The translations under genes were made by a program, and so were the position numbers. From Candidatus Fervidifonticultor quintus (lineage in GTDB: Bacteria > Sysuimicrobiota > Sysuimicrobiia > Sysuimicrobiales > Humicultoraceae), in assembly GCA_031459535.1 (NCBI GenBank), contig JAVKIJ010000015.1, positions 1 to 45,902 on the forward strand: a stretch of 45,902 bases of DNA, in the 5' to 3' direction. Every line of letters starts with the position of its first letter. Position 1 is the stretch's first letter. Below, in pieces: positions 37,469 through 45,902 of this stretch. The notes beneath the pieces are model-generated. The model was given only the letters and a program-made list of their open reading frames with translations. It did no database searches and was not told the DNA's origin.

Positions 37469-38118
37469 CTCGCGTCCTCCATCGGAGCCGCAGGAACGGG
37501 CTCGCCGCTCCGTCGCCGCCCTGCTGCCGTCCCGCCGGCGGGGCGGTACGCCGCCGCCAGACCCAAAAAGCGCGCCAGGATCGCCTGGCCCACAGCCGTC
37601 ATCACCGACTCGGGGTGGAATTGAACACCCTCGATGGGGTAGCGCCTGTGCCGCAGTCCCATGATGGTCCCGTCCTCGAGCTGGGCCGAGATCTCCAGCT
37701 CGTCGGGGAGGCCCTCGCGGGCCACGATCAACGAGTGGTAGCGCGTAGCCTCGAACGGCAGGGGGAGCCCCTCGTAGATGGTCCGTCCGTCGTGGTGGAT
37801 GCGTGAGGTCTTGCCGTGCACCGGCACCGGCGCGCGGACCACGCGGCCGCCGAAGGCATCCCCGATGCACTGGTGGCCCAGGCAGACGCCGAGGATGGGT
37901 GTGCTCGGTCCCAGACGGCGGATGACCTCGACCGAGATGCCGGCTTCCCGGGGCGTGCACGGCCCCGGCGAGATGACGATGGCCTCGGGGCCGCGGGTGG
38001 CCAGCTCGTCGACCGTGATCGTGTCGTTCCGGAATACCTCGAGCGCGGCGCCCAGTGCCCCCAGGTGCTGCACCAGGTTGTACGTGAACGAGTCGTAGTT
38101 GTCGATGACCGCGATCAT
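37465..38118 (-). CDS. trpG: Anthranilate synthase component II
   Basis: IDNYDSFTYNL, ISPGPCTP, GVCLGHQ, RYHSL, GVQFHPES. Confidence 0.96.
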   Translation of the reverse strand: MIAVIDNYDSFTYNLVQHLGALGAALEVFRNDTITVDELATRGPEAIVISPGPCTPREAGISVEVIRRLGPSTPILGVCLGHQCIGDAFGGRVVRAPVPVHGKTSRIHHDGRTIYEGLPLPFEATRYHSLIVAREGLPDELEISAQLEDGTIMGLRHRRYPIEGVQFHPESVMTAVGQAILARFLGLAAAYRPAGGTAAGRRRSGEPVPAAPMEDAR

Positions 38119-39620
38119 GTGGCCACTCCTGCCCGCATAAGGGGCTCGCGGGCCCGGCCGACGATCTCCAGGGCGCGGACCAGGGCTCGGGCCTTGCTTA
38201 CCGTTTCCAGGTACTCGCGCTCGGGCACCGAGTCGGCCACGATCCCGGCTCCGGCCTGGAGGTACGCGCGGTCATCGGACACAAAGATCGTGCGGATTGT
38301 AATGGCCGTGTCCATGTTGCCCGAGTAGCCCACATACCCCACCGCGCCGGCGTAGGGGCCGCGGGAGACCGGCTCGAGCTCGTCAATGATCTCCATGGCG
38401 CGGATCTTGGGCGCCCCGGTCACCGTGCCGGCCGGGAAACAGGCGCGCAGTACGTCGAACGCATCGCGGCCCGCATCCAGCCTGCCGCGCACGTTGCTGA
38501 CGATGTGCATCACATGGCTGTAGCGCTCGATGCTCATCAGGTCGGTGACTTCCACGGTCCCATAGCGGCAGACGCGGCCGAGGTCGTTGCGACCCAGGTC
38601 CACCAGCATGGTGTGCTCGGCCCGCTCCTTCTCGTCGGCCAGCAGCTCTGCCTCCAGGCGCCGGTCGTCGGCTTCGTTCAACCCGCGCGGCCGCGTGCCG
38701 GCCAGCGGCCGCGTCTCCACCACGCCGTCTTCGAGCCGCACCAGCAGCTCGGGTGAGGAGCCCACGATCTTGACGGCGTCGAAGTCCAGGAAGAACATGT
38801 ACGGCGACGGATTCACCCTGCGCAGCGCTCGGTAGATGTCCAGGGTGTCCAGGCCCGCCACGCGCGCCGAGAACCGCCGCGACAGGACCACCTGGAAGAT
38901 GTCTCCGGCCGCCACGTACTCCTTGGCGCGCGCCACGGCCCGCAGGTAGTCGGACGCCGTCGTCTGCTGATCCATCACGGGCTCGACGCGCCCGGTCGGC
39001 TCAGGCGGGACCAGCGGCTGCCGCAGGCGTTCGTAGATCTGCTCGATGCTCTCCACCGCGCCCCGGTAGGCCTCGGGCGCACTGCTGTCCACCACGGCGT
39101 TGGCGACGATCTTCATCCCGTGGGCGACATGGTCGAAGATCACCACCGCATCGGTGAGCACCAGGAAGCACGTCGGGATGCCCAGGGGGTCGGGCGGCGG
39201 GTTCGGCAGCCGTTCCCAGAGCCGCACGCAGTCGTACCCGAAGTACCCCACCAGGCCGCCATAGAAGCGCGGCAGCCCGGATTGGGGAACGGGCGTGTAC
39301 CCGGCCAGCAGGCTCCGTGCCACCTCTAGGGGATCGCCCTCGGTCGCAAACGACCCCCGGGCGCCTTCCACCACCACCTGACGGCCGTAGGCGCGCAGCC
39401 GGGTGGTGGGGCCGGTACCAATAAAGGAATAGCGGCCCAGCTTCTCACCGCCCTCGACGCTCTCCAGCAGGTAGGCATCCTGACCGGTGCGCAGCTTGAG
39501 GAACGCCGAGATGGGGGTCTCCAGGTCTGCGAAGAGATCACAGGTCACGGGGATCAGATTGCCACCCCGCGCGTGACTCAGGAACTCCGTCTTGGTCGGC
39601 GAGATGGCCAGGCGGCTCAT
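38115..39620 (-). CDS. trpE: Anthranilate synthase component I
   Basis: LLES (Trp feedback motif), NPSPYM, GSSPE, AGTRPRG, KERAEH.MLVDLGRND, GAPKIRAM. Confidence 0.96.
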   Translation of the reverse strand: MSRLAISPTKTEFLSHARGGNLIPVTCDLFADLETPISAFLKLRTGQDAYLLESVEGGEKLGRYSFIGTGPTTRLRAYGRQVVVEGARGSFATEGDPLEVARSLLAGYTPVPQSGLPRFYGGLVGYFGYDCVRLWERLPNPPPDPLGIPTCFLVLTDAVVIFDHVAHGMKIVANAVVDSSAPEAYRGAVESIEQIYERLRQPLVPPEPTGRVEPVMDQQTTASDYLRAVARAKEYVAAGDIFQVVLSRRFSARVAGLDTLDIYRALRRVNPSPYMFFLDFDAVKIVGSSPELLVRLEDGVVETRPLAGTRPRGLNEADDRRLEAELLADEKERAEHTMLVDLGRNDLGRVCRYGTVEVTDLMSIERYSHVMHIVSNVRGRLDAGRDAFDVLRACFPAGTVTGAPKIRAMEIIDELEPVSRGPYAGAVGYVGYSGNMDTAITIRTIFVSDDRAYLQAGAGIVADSVPEREYLETVSKARALVRALEIVGRAREPLMRAGVAT

Positions 39621-40429
39621 CGCCCAAGCACTCCCTCTTCAACGTCGCGACGGAGGCGGGCCACTTCGGCTTCGAAGCGCACCAGCGCCCGCAAAATGGC
39701 CTCACGGTTGGCCCGGCAGATCTCCTGCCACAGGGCGAGAGGGCTGCGCGCCGCGCGCGTCATGTCCCGCATGGTGGGCCCGCCCACGGCTCGCGCATCG
39801 TCGGCGATGGCACGGTCGAGCGCCAGGCTCACCAGGTAGGGCAAGTGGCTGGCCTGGGCCACCAGCTCGTCGTGCTGCACAGGGTCCAGCACGACGGGCT
39901 GCATGCGCAGGGCTGCAATCACGGCCCGCATAGTGGCCACCGCGGCGGGATCCGTGCGGGCGGTCGGCGTCAAGACGTACGGCCGGCCGTCGAGCAGCGA
40001 CGCGTCCGCAGCTGCCATCCCCTGCTTCTCATTGCCGGCCATGGGATGCCCGCCAACGAACCGGACGCCGCCGGGCAGAGCGGCGCTGATGGCGGCCACC
40101 ACCGGCACCTTCACGCTGCCCGTGTCGGTGAGGATCGCACCGGGCCGCATCCGCCGGGCTGCCGCGAGCCCGACCGGGGCCACCTGCGCCAGGGGGGTGG
40201 CCACAATAACCAGGTCGGCGCCGCCGACCAGATCCAGGCCGACCCCACCCGCGTCCACGGCGCGGCGTGCCTGCGCTTCCTCCACGGCCCGCAGATCGAT
40301 GTCGATGCCCACGACGTGGACACCCACCTCGCGCAGCCGGAGCGCCAGCGACCCACCGATCAACCCCAGGCCGATCACGGCCACGGTGCGCGGAAAGCCA
40401 GCGGGTTCCCCGGGAGTGTCCACGGTCAC
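39617..40429 (-). CDS. tyrA: Prephenate/arogenate dehydrogenase (270 aa, no ACT domain)
   Basis: [25 protein letters not shown]...SHLP, RDMTR.A. Confidence 0.92.
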   Translation of the reverse strand: MTVDTPGEPAGFPRTVAVIGLGLIGGSLALRLREVGVHVVGIDIDLRAVEEAQARRAVDAGGVGLDLVGGADLVIVATPLAQVAPVGLAAARRMRPGAILTDTGSVKVPVVAAISAALPGGVRFVGGHPMAGNEKQGMAAADASLLDGRPYVLTPTARTDPAAVATMRAVIAALRMQPVVLDPVQHDELVAQASHLPYLVSLALDRAIADDARAVGGPTMRDMTRAARSPLALWQEICRANREAILRALVRFEAEVARLRRDVEEGVLGR

Positions 40430-41445
40430 ATCTGGCGGCCGACCGCGCCCGCCACCGCCCGCAGCGACGCCATCAGCCCCGAAAAGTTCTCCAGGGTGAG
40501 CGACTGCGGGCCATCGGAATACGCATTAGCCGGGTCGGGATGCACCTCGACCATCAACCCGTCGGCGCCGGCCGCCACGGCGGCGCGCGCCATCGCCGGG
40601 ACATACTTCCACTTCCCGGTGCCGTGACTGGGATCAACGATGACCGGGAGGTGCGTCAGGCTCTTGAGGACCGGCACAGCCGAGAGGTCCAGCGTGTAGC
40701 GCGTGTGGTTGTTGAACCCCCGCACGCCGCGCTCGCAGAGCACGACCTGGTAGTTCCCTTCGCTCAGGATGTATTCTGCGGCCAGCAGCAGTTCCTCGAG
40801 GGTGGCGCTGACGCCCCGTTTGAGCAACACCGGCAGTCGGAGACGGCCGGCCTCGCGCAGCAGGGGGTAGTTCTGCATGTTGCGCGCGCCGATCTGGATC
40901 ATGTCTGCGTAGCGGCTGACCAGCTCAAGCTGAGAGGCGTCCATGGCCTCGGTCACGACCGGGAGCCCGGTGCGCTCGCGGGCTTCGACCAGCAGCCGCA
41001 GGCCTTCCTCCTCGAGCCCCTGAAACGAGTAGGGAGAGGTGCGGGGCTTGAACGCGCCGCCCCGTAGGATGGTGGCACCGGCGGCCTTGACGGCGTCGGC
41101 GGTGGTCAGGATCTGCTCCCGGCTCTCCACCGAGCACGGCCCGGCCATGACCGCCAGGCGCGGCCCGCCCACCTCGGCGTTCCCGACGCGCACGACGGTG
41201 TCCTGCGGGATGAACTCCCGGCTGACGAGTTTGAACGGCTGGAGGATCGCGACGACCTTCTCCACGCCGGGGGCGACCTCCAGCGACTCCCGGAGGATCT
41301 CCTTGGTTCGGTCGTCGCCGACGACGCCGATCACGGTGCGCGCCACGCCCACCGAGACGTGGGTGTTCAGGCCCGCAGCCTGGACCCTCTGGACCACCGC
41401 CTGGATCTGTGCTTCGGTGGCGCTGGGCCCCATGACGACGATCAT
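40426..41445 (-). CDS. aroF: DAHP synthase type I-beta with N-terminal regulatory domain
   Basis: MIVVM start, [47 protein letters not shown]. Confidence 0.95.
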   Translation of the reverse strand: MIVVMGPSATEAQIQAVVQRVQAAGLNTHVSVGVARTVIGVVGDDRTKEILRESLEVAPGVEKVVAILQPFKLVSREFIPQDTVVRVGNAEVGGPRLAVMAGPCSVESREQILTTADAVKAAGATILRGGAFKPRTSPYSFQGLEEEGLRLLVEARERTGLPVVTEAMDASQLELVSRYADMIQIGARNMQNYPLLREAGRLRLPVLLKRGVSATLEELLLAAEYILSEGNYQVVLCERGVRGFNNHTRYTLDLSAVPVLKSLTHLPVIVDPSHGTGKWKYVPAMARAAVAAGADGLMVEVHPDPANAYSDGPQSLTLENFSGLMASLRAVAGAVGRQM

Positions 41446-41504
41446 GCCATCCACCCCACCGGCTCGAATCCCATCAGCTCCTCACCCCCTCTTGATGCCC
41501 TCAC

Positions 41505-41541
41505 AAACAAACACCTCTCGCCCTACGAGGGACGAGAGGTG
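41505..41541 (-). terminator. T-box terminator
   Basis: CACCTCTCGTCCCT-CGT-AGGGCGAGAGGTG followed by TTTGTTT. Confidence 0.9.
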
Positions 41542-41850
41542 AACTCCCGCGGTGCCACCCGGGTTCCGCGCGTGCCTCCCTGGAACGCGCGGCGCTCGTA
41601 CTCCTGTCTCGACGGAGTCGCCGATGAACCTACTGTGCGGCGTGATGAGCCTGGCCGCGACGTGCTATAGCTGTCCAGGCTCCAAACCCCACGCTACACC
41701 TTCGCTTCATGCCTCCCGGGCCCATTCCCCACCCCGTGGCTGCCACGGTTTCACCACCCCGCAGCTCTCTTCCGCCGGCGACGCCCTGGCGGCGACGCCG
41801 ACGCCCATCGGGAAGCCACCGATGGTGGGTACTCTCCCCGGTCCTCGGCC
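41505..41850 (-). ncRNA. T-box riboswitch, Trp specifier
   Basis: Stem I with AGUA/GAA loop E, AGAGAG bulge, GGUGAAA distal loop and specifier UGG (41724-41722); stem II with GAA/AGUA; IIA/B ACUCC/GGAGU; T-box AACCCGGGUGGCACCGCG (41565-41548); terminator. Confidence 0.93.
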
Positions 41851-41867
41851 TATGAGATTTTCCTGTA

Positions 41868-41876
41868 AGTATACCA
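41868..41876 (-). promoter_or_regulatory. Extended -10 promoter (TGGTATACT) for the T-box/aro-trp operon
   Basis: TGn-TATACT about 18 nt upstream of stem I. Confidence 0.7.
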
Positions 41877-41964
41877 CGGGAAGGCAAGCCCCGCAGGAGC
41901 CCTGGGGCTGGTGCCGAAACCACCATCTCCAATACCGACATACCGATCGGCGAGGGGGGACACC

Positions 41965-43611
41965 ATGGACGATGACGCGCGCCTGGAAGCAGTGCTGTCT
42001 TGCTTGAGCCCCACCACGCGGCGGCAGTTCCTCAAGCAGATGTCCGCACTGGGCGTCACCGCCGCCACCGCTGGGGCTATTCTCCTCCGAAACCCTCTGA
42101 TCGTCAACGCGGCGCCCAGCCCTAAACGCGGCGGCACCGTGCGGGTGACGGGTCACCAGGAGGTGTCCAGCCTCAGCCCTGACGATGACGCGCCGTCGGT
42201 CCACTGGGTCATCACCACCCAGCTCCACAATGCGCTGCTCGAGGGCAACGAGTACAACGTGATCGAGAAGGTGCTGGCCGAGAGCTACACGGTGTCCAGG
42301 GACGGCCTCACCTACACCTTCAAACTGAGGCGCGGGGTCAAGTTCCACGACGGCAGCGAGTTCTCCGCCGAAGATGTGAAGTACACCTACGAATGGTACA
42401 TGAACCCGACCAATGCCGCCAACGGGGCCATCAACTTCAAGAGCGTCGACCGGATGGATGTCCCCGACAAATACACCGTCCTCGTCAAGATGAAGGAGCC
42501 GTTCGCGCCGTTCCTGGTCAACACGGCGACGACGTTCATCTACTCCGCCAAGTACCACGGCCGGATCGGCGAGAAGGCCTACAAGAGCCAACCCATGGGG
42601 ACCGGGCCGTTCAAGCTGCGAGAGTGGCGGCCAGCAGAGTACACCCTCCTGGAGGCCTTCGACCAGCACTTCCGGGGCCGGCCCCACATCGACTTCTTCC
42701 GCCAGGACGTGGTGCCCGAGCCGTCGGTGCGTGCCATCGCCCTGCGCACCGGGGCCTCGGATTCGGCCACGTGGCCCTTGCTAGTGGAAGACAACCTCCG
42801 GTTCGAGCAGGACCCGAACTACGTGGTGTTCCGGACGCCCAGCACCGGCGTCAACCACTTCCCGCTCAACAACAAGCTGCCTCAGCTCTCCGACAAGCGC
42901 GTGCGCCAGGCCATGATGCACGCCATCGACCGCCAGCGCCTCATCGACGATGTGTTCCGCGGCACGGCACAGATCGCCCATTCGATCTATCCGCCGTCCA
43001 TGCGCACCTGGTACGACCGCGGGCTGAAAGTCTACAACTACGACCCCGGCCGCGCCCGCTCGCTCCTGGAGGAGGCCGGCTGGCGCATGGGGCCTGGCAA
43101 CGTGCGCACCAAGGACGGGCAGCGGCTCTCGTTCACGTGCGCGGTCATCACCGGTGACCGGGCCCGGCGGCCCGAGGCCGAGATCGCCCAGCAGGACCTG
43201 GCGGCGGTCGGCATCGAGATGCGCATCGTCGAGCGGCCGGTGGCCACCATCCTGGAACAGCTCCCCAAGGGCCAGTTGGACGCCTCCCTGTTCAACTGGA
43301 CCTACAACAGCGGCGCGCTAGAGCCAGACCCGCAGAGCACCCTCAGGACAGGCGGCGTGCGCAACTTCGCCAGCTACAGCAACCCCCGCATGGATCAGCT
43401 ACTGGACCAGGGCCTGCGGGAGACCGACGTCAAGAAGCGCCAGAAGATCTACCAGGAAGTCCAGCGGATCTTCGTGGAAGACGTGCCGGTGCTGTACATC
43501 ATGTACTGGGACTGGTTCAACGTGTTCAACAAGCGCATCAAGGGGCTGCCCACCAAGCCCGAGACGGCGTTCGAGATCTACCGCAACGCGTACAAGTGGT
43601 GGATCGAATAG
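41965..43611 (+). CDS. Peptide ABC substrate-binding protein with Tat signal
   Basis: TRRQFLK twin-arginine motif; YTFKLRRGVKFHDG, GTGPFKL, VRQAM..AIDR. Confidence 0.92.
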   Translation: MDDDARLEAVLSCLSPTTRRQFLKQMSALGVTAATAGAILLRNPLIVNAAPSPKRGGTVRVTGHQEVSSLSPDDDAPSVHWVITTQLHNALLEGNEYNVIEKVLAESYTVSRDGLTYTFKLRRGVKFHDGSEFSAEDVKYTYEWYMNPTNAANGAINFKSVDRMDVPDKYTVLVKMKEPFAPFLVNTATTFIYSAKYHGRIGEKAYKSQPMGTGPFKLREWRPAEYTLLEAFDQHFRGRPHIDFFRQDVVPEPSVRAIALRTGASDSATWPLLVEDNLRFEQDPNYVVFRTPSTGVNHFPLNNKLPQLSDKRVRQAMMHAIDRQRLIDDVFRGTAQIAHSIYPPSMRTWYDRGLKVYNYDPGRARSLLEEAGWRMGPGNVRTKDGQRLSFTCAVITGDRARRPEAEIAQQDLAAVGIEMRIVERPVATILEQLPKGQLDASLFNWTYNSGALEPDPQSTLRTGGVRNFASYSNPRMDQLLDQGLRETDVKKRQKIYQEVQRIFVEDVPVLYIMYWDWFNVFNKRIKGLPTKPETAFEIYRNAYKWWIE

Positions 43612-43635
43612 AGGGCCGGGGGCCGGGCCCCTCCC

Positions 43636-43666
43636 GAGGGAGCCGCGCCAGGGGCGCGGCTCCCTC
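43636..43666 (+). terminator. 14-bp hairpin after the binding-protein gene (mRNA-stabilising or partial terminator)
   Basis: GAGGGAGCCGCGCC-AGG-GGCGCGGCTCCCTC, with no U-tract. Confidence 0.55.
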
Positions 43667-43700
43667 CTGCTGAGCGGCACCGCCGGGGGACGCGCCAGGG

Positions 43701-44627
43701 ATGCAACGCTACATTGCCGCCAGACTGGCCCAGGGGCTGGTGGTCATCCTCCTGGTCAGCATCGGCACGTTCGCCATGATGCACCTCATCCCCGGCGATC
43801 CGATCTCGCTCCTCATCGGCGAAGCCCGCATCAGCCAGGAGCAGATTGACCTCATCCGCGCCAAGTGGGGCCTGGATAGACCCCTGCACGTGCAGTACCT
43901 GACCTGGATCGCAAACCTGGCGCGGGGCGACTTCGGCCAGTCGGTGGTCCGCAGCGGTGTCCCCGTGCGGACCATGATCACCGAGGCCGCCTCGGTAACC
44001 ATCACCCTCAACCTCATCGCCTTCGTCATCTCCATCGTCCTGGCCATCCCCGCAGGCGTCCTGGCCGCCGTGCGCCGCTACTCGGCCTTCGACTACGCCA
44101 TCATGGTGGGCGCCACGCTGGGCGCAGCACTGCCCAACTTCTGGATCGGCCTGATGCTCATCGTGGTCTTCTCCCTCCTGCTGCGCTGGCTGCCGCCGTT
44201 CGGCCTGGGGTCGTGGCACGGGTATGTGCTCCCTGTGACGGTCATCGTCATCGGACAACTGGCCCTGCTCGCGCGACTGATGCGCAGTACCACCATTGAG
44301 AACTTGGGCGAAGACTTTGTGCGCACGGCCCGCGCCAAGGGCCTGCGGGAACCGTTAGTGGTGATCCGGCACGTGGCGCGCAACGCGTTGCTGCCCATCG
44401 TCACCGTCATCGGCTACCGACTGGCATTCATCTTGAGCGGGACCATCGTCGTCGAGACGGTGTTCGCCCTCCCTGGTCTGGGGCAACTCTTCGTGGAATC
44501 GGTCAACCGTGTAGACTACCAGGTGGTTCAGGCCATCGTCATGGTGCTGAGCGTCCTGGTGGTGCTGGGAAACCTGGCGACCGATCTGGTCTATGGGTTC
44601 ATCGACCCGCGCATCCGCATCCGGTGA
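43701..44627 (+). CDS. Peptide ABC permease (OppB/DppB-like)
   Basis: PGDP, GLDRPL..QY..W, GDFGQS, DFVRTARAKGL, DPRIR. Confidence 0.93.
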   Translation: MQRYIAARLAQGLVVILLVSIGTFAMMHLIPGDPISLLIGEARISQEQIDLIRAKWGLDRPLHVQYLTWIANLARGDFGQSVVRSGVPVRTMITEAASVTITLNLIAFVISIVLAIPAGVLAAVRRYSAFDYAIMVGATLGAALPNFWIGLMLIVVFSLLLRWLPPFGLGSWHGYVLPVTVIVIGQLALLARLMRSTTIENLGEDFVRTARAKGLREPLVVIRHVARNALLPIVTVIGYRLAFILSGTIVVETVFALPGLGQLFVESVNRVDYQVVQAIVMVLSVLVVLGNLATDLVYGFIDPRIRIR

Positions 44628-45546
44628 CACCATAAGCCGCGAGGCCGCCACGCTGCCCGCTGTTACCGCCTGGAGCCCCGCCGGCCGGCGCCGATCCGAG
44701 TGGAGCCGCGGCTGGCAGCGCTTCAAGCGCTATCGGCCGGGCATGGTGGGGCTGGGGTTCATCCTGGTCCTCGTGGTGCTGGCGACCTTCCCGGACCTGT
44801 TCGCGCCGTACCCCTACACCCAGGTCTTCCGCGGCATGCGGGGCGCGCCGCCGTCCTGGTCGCACCCGCTGGGCTTCGACCACATCGGCCGAGACGTGCT
44901 GAGCCGCATCATCTGGGGCACCAGGGTGGCGTTGATCGTCGGACTGCTGGCCAGCGGCATCGCGGTGGCCATCGGGGTCACAGTGGGCGCCGCAGCGGGC
45001 TACCTGGGCGGATGGGTGGACAGCCTGCTCTCCCGCCTCGTGGACACCCTGATGGCCTATCCCCTCCTGGTGCTGCTCATCACGCTGGCCGCCGTGCTCG
45101 GTCCCAGCCTGATCACCGTGGTGGTCATCATCGGCCTCACGACCTGGGCGCAGTACGCCCGGGTGGTCCGGGCCGATGTGCTCAGCCTGCGGGAGCGCGA
45201 GTTCGTCCTGGCTGCCCAGGCGGCCGGCGCCAGTACCGCGCGTGTCGTCTTCCGCCACGTGATCCCCAACGTCCTGGGCCCGGTCATCGTGCTGGCCAGC
45301 TTGGGTATCGGCGGCATCATCCTGCTGGAGTCGGCGCTCTCATTTCTGGGACTGGGCGCGCAGCCCCCGACGGCGTCGTGGGGCGGCATGCTTGCCGACG
45401 GCCGCGCGTTCATCCTAACTTATCCCCAGATCGCCATCGCTCCCGGGGTGATGATCTCGCTGACCGTGCTGGCCTTCAACCTGGTGGGCGATGGCCTGCG
45501 GGACGCCCTCGACCCCCGGCAGAAGGACGTGACGATCAACCGCTAA
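44593..45546 (+). CDS. Peptide ABC permease (OppC/DppC-like); start uncertain
   Basis: HPLG.D..GRDVLSR, REFVLAAQAAGA, ESALSFLGLG, GDGLRDALDP. Confidence 0.92.
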   Translation: MGSSTRASASGDTISREAATLPAVTAWSPAGRRRSEWSRGWQRFKRYRPGMVGLGFILVLVVLATFPDLFAPYPYTQVFRGMRGAPPSWSHPLGFDHIGRDVLSRIIWGTRVALIVGLLASGIAVAIGVTVGAAAGYLGGWVDSLLSRLVDTLMAYPLLVLLITLAAVLGPSLITVVVIIGLTTWAQYARVVRADVLSLREREFVLAAQAAGASTARVVFRHVIPNVLGPVIVLASLGIGGIILLESALSFLGLGAQPPTASWGGMLADGRAFILTYPQIAIAPGVMISLTVLAFNLVGDGLRDALDPRQKDVTINR

Positions 45547-45569
45547 CCCGAAAGCGTCGACCCGGCGTC

Positions 45570-45902
45570 TCAGGTGATGACGAGCGACTCCAGGTCCCGG
45601 GGATAGTATGTCAGCATCTCGATCCCGCGCTCGGTGACCAGGATCGTGTCCGAATGGCGGAATCCCGCGAAGCCGTTGACGTAGATGCCCGGCTCCACGC
45701 TGAAGACCATCCCCGCTTTGATCTCCGTGGCATCGCCGATGTCGAGGAACGGCGCCTCATGGATGCCAATCCCCAGCGCGTGCCCCACGTGATGGCGCCA
45801 GCATCCCATCAGGTCGTGTTTCTCGAAATAGGCGCGGACGGCCCGGTCCACGTCCGCGCAGGGCCGCCCGGGCCTGATGGCCTCGAACGCGGTCTCCTGA
45901 GC
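45570..45902 (-). CDS. M24 (Xaa-Pro) peptidase, C-terminal part; 5' end outside the window
   Basis: HHVGHALGIGIHE.P, FSVEPGIY, GFRHSDT. Confidence 0.88.
   Translation of the reverse strand, partial: AQETAFEAIRPGRPCADVDRAVRAYFEKHDLMGCWRHHVGHALGIGIHEAPFLDIGDATEIKAGMVFSVEPGIYVNGFAGFRHSDTILVTERGIEMLTYYPRDLESLVIT

Noticed and set aside
41552-42007. ORFs or a Trp leader peptide across the aroF upstream region
   Set aside because: The region is fully explained by the T-box RNA; no SD-led short Trp-rich peptide is positioned for ribosome-mediated attenuation.

Overview
Very GC-rich bacterial chromosomal segment with no CRISPR array, rRNA/tRNA gene, transposase or phage gene recognised. In order it carries: the 3' end of dnaX, ybaB/ebfC, recR, an MFS transporter and a YkuK-like gene; a LysR regulator divergent from a phnX-like / ABC transporter / class-III aminotransferase operon (likely phosphonate use); a sugar ABC cluster with two paralogous binding proteins and two TIM-barrel epimerases; serS; amt-glnK; a zinc-ribbon/cyclase/AAA/TPR protein, an MgtC/DUF4010-like protein, a family-5 binding protein and archease; selD; hutH-hutP; ogg and two Nudix genes; an aroF-tyrA-trpEGDC-trpS-trpFBA operon; a peptide ABC transporter; and a partial M24 peptidase. 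The most notable signals are non-coding or recoding. (1) selD has an in-frame UGA (CAG-U-ASK) with a downstream hairpin, which the ORF track truncates. (2) A Trp-specific T-box riboswitch with enlarged stems heads the aromatic operon. (3) A HutP antitermination cassette (two NAG-N4-NAG-N4-NAG sites and a terminator) lies between hutP and hutH. The genes from aroF to hutP overlap or nearly abut, so hutH may sit behind two RNA switches in series (Trp and His). (4) The amt leader has a GlnR/TnrA-like box and a terminator just before its RBS. All protein calls are by motif recognition by eye; no searches were run.
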